Source of the DNA: Lama guanicoe
Taxonomy: Eukaryota
Direction of reading: 5' to 3'
Assembly (NCBI GenBank): GCA_013239625.1
Contig: MU054323.1
Span: forward strand, 15,008,029-15,072,028
Length of the DNA stretch: 64,000 nucleotides
Shown one piece after another: positions 63,530-64,000 of this stretch. Position numbers and translations under genes: made by a program. A model generated the notes under the pieces. That model was given only the letters and a program-made list of their open reading frames with translations. It was not told the DNA's origin and did not search any database. How positions within the stretch are numbered: the first letter of the stretch is position 1; every line of letters begins with the position of its first letter.

Positions 63530-63760
63530 AGTACTGAGCACTCACCAGGGGTCAGATGCTTCATGTAAACATTACCTCATTTAATCCTCACAGCAGTCCA
63601 GAGAGGCAGGAACAGTTGCACTATTTTACAAAGGAGGGGAAAACGAAGCTCAAGTGTTTAAGCAACTGTCTCAAAATAGCATTGTTTATGGGAGTCAGAA
63701 TCAAGGCTTGAAGCCAAGACTGCCTGACTTTTTAAAAACCTCTGTTTCCTACAACACACC
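63530..63760 (-). mobile_element. MIR SINE
   Basis: 'cattacctcatttaatcctcacagcagtcc...ctattttacaaaggaggggaaaacgaagctc'. Confidence 0.8.
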
Positions 63761-64000
63761 AGGCTACCATACAGCGGTCCACTCCATGTTCTGGGGATGC
63801 CTTCATCTTGTTCCCCAGCATGTTGTCATTTCTAAGTCAAAGATCACTCTGTTCTTAGGAAACACTGCAAAACATATTTCCCTGAAACATTAAATGTACT
63901 AGGCAGCTTTCAGATCAAGAGAGGTGTGTCTTACAGGCACTTGGGCACCCTCAGGAAACCATCAATTGGAAATTAAAACCTACTCACACATTCCCTAAAA

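Noticed and set aside
1..64000. The ORFs in the supplied track as protein-coding genes
   Set aside because: All are 158 aa or shorter, many start at non-ATG codons, and those with recognisable motifs are L1, L2 or ERV remnants. No consistent exon chain was found.

Overview
AT-rich, CpG-poor mammalian genomic DNA. It is most likely camelid, because it carries three tRNA-derived SINEs resembling the Tylopoda Vic-1 family and I saw no Alu/B1/BovA-type SINEs. Much of the window is decayed interspersed repeat: several old L1s (one near full-length, with nested insertions), L2, CR1, MIR, hAT/Tigger DNA transposon fossils, solo LTRs with readable target-site duplications, and two proviral remnants (an ERV1 with a tRNA-Leu-like PBS, and an ERVL with RNase H motifs). 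I found no credible protein-coding exon; the listed ORFs are short and either repeat-derived or chance. The one clear functional landmark is a small CpG-island promoter at about 53.3-53.7 kb with a + strand 5' splice donor; I cannot name the gene. The most unusual unexplained structures are a triplicated and inverted 16-21 bp motif in that promoter, a ~70-100 nt hairpin at 49.2 kb whose arms are splice-donor consensus, and some minus-strand microexon-like and recursive-splice-like signals. Repeat subfamily names come from recalled consensus resemblance, not from a search, and many boundaries are approximate. I found no convincing novel multi-gene system.
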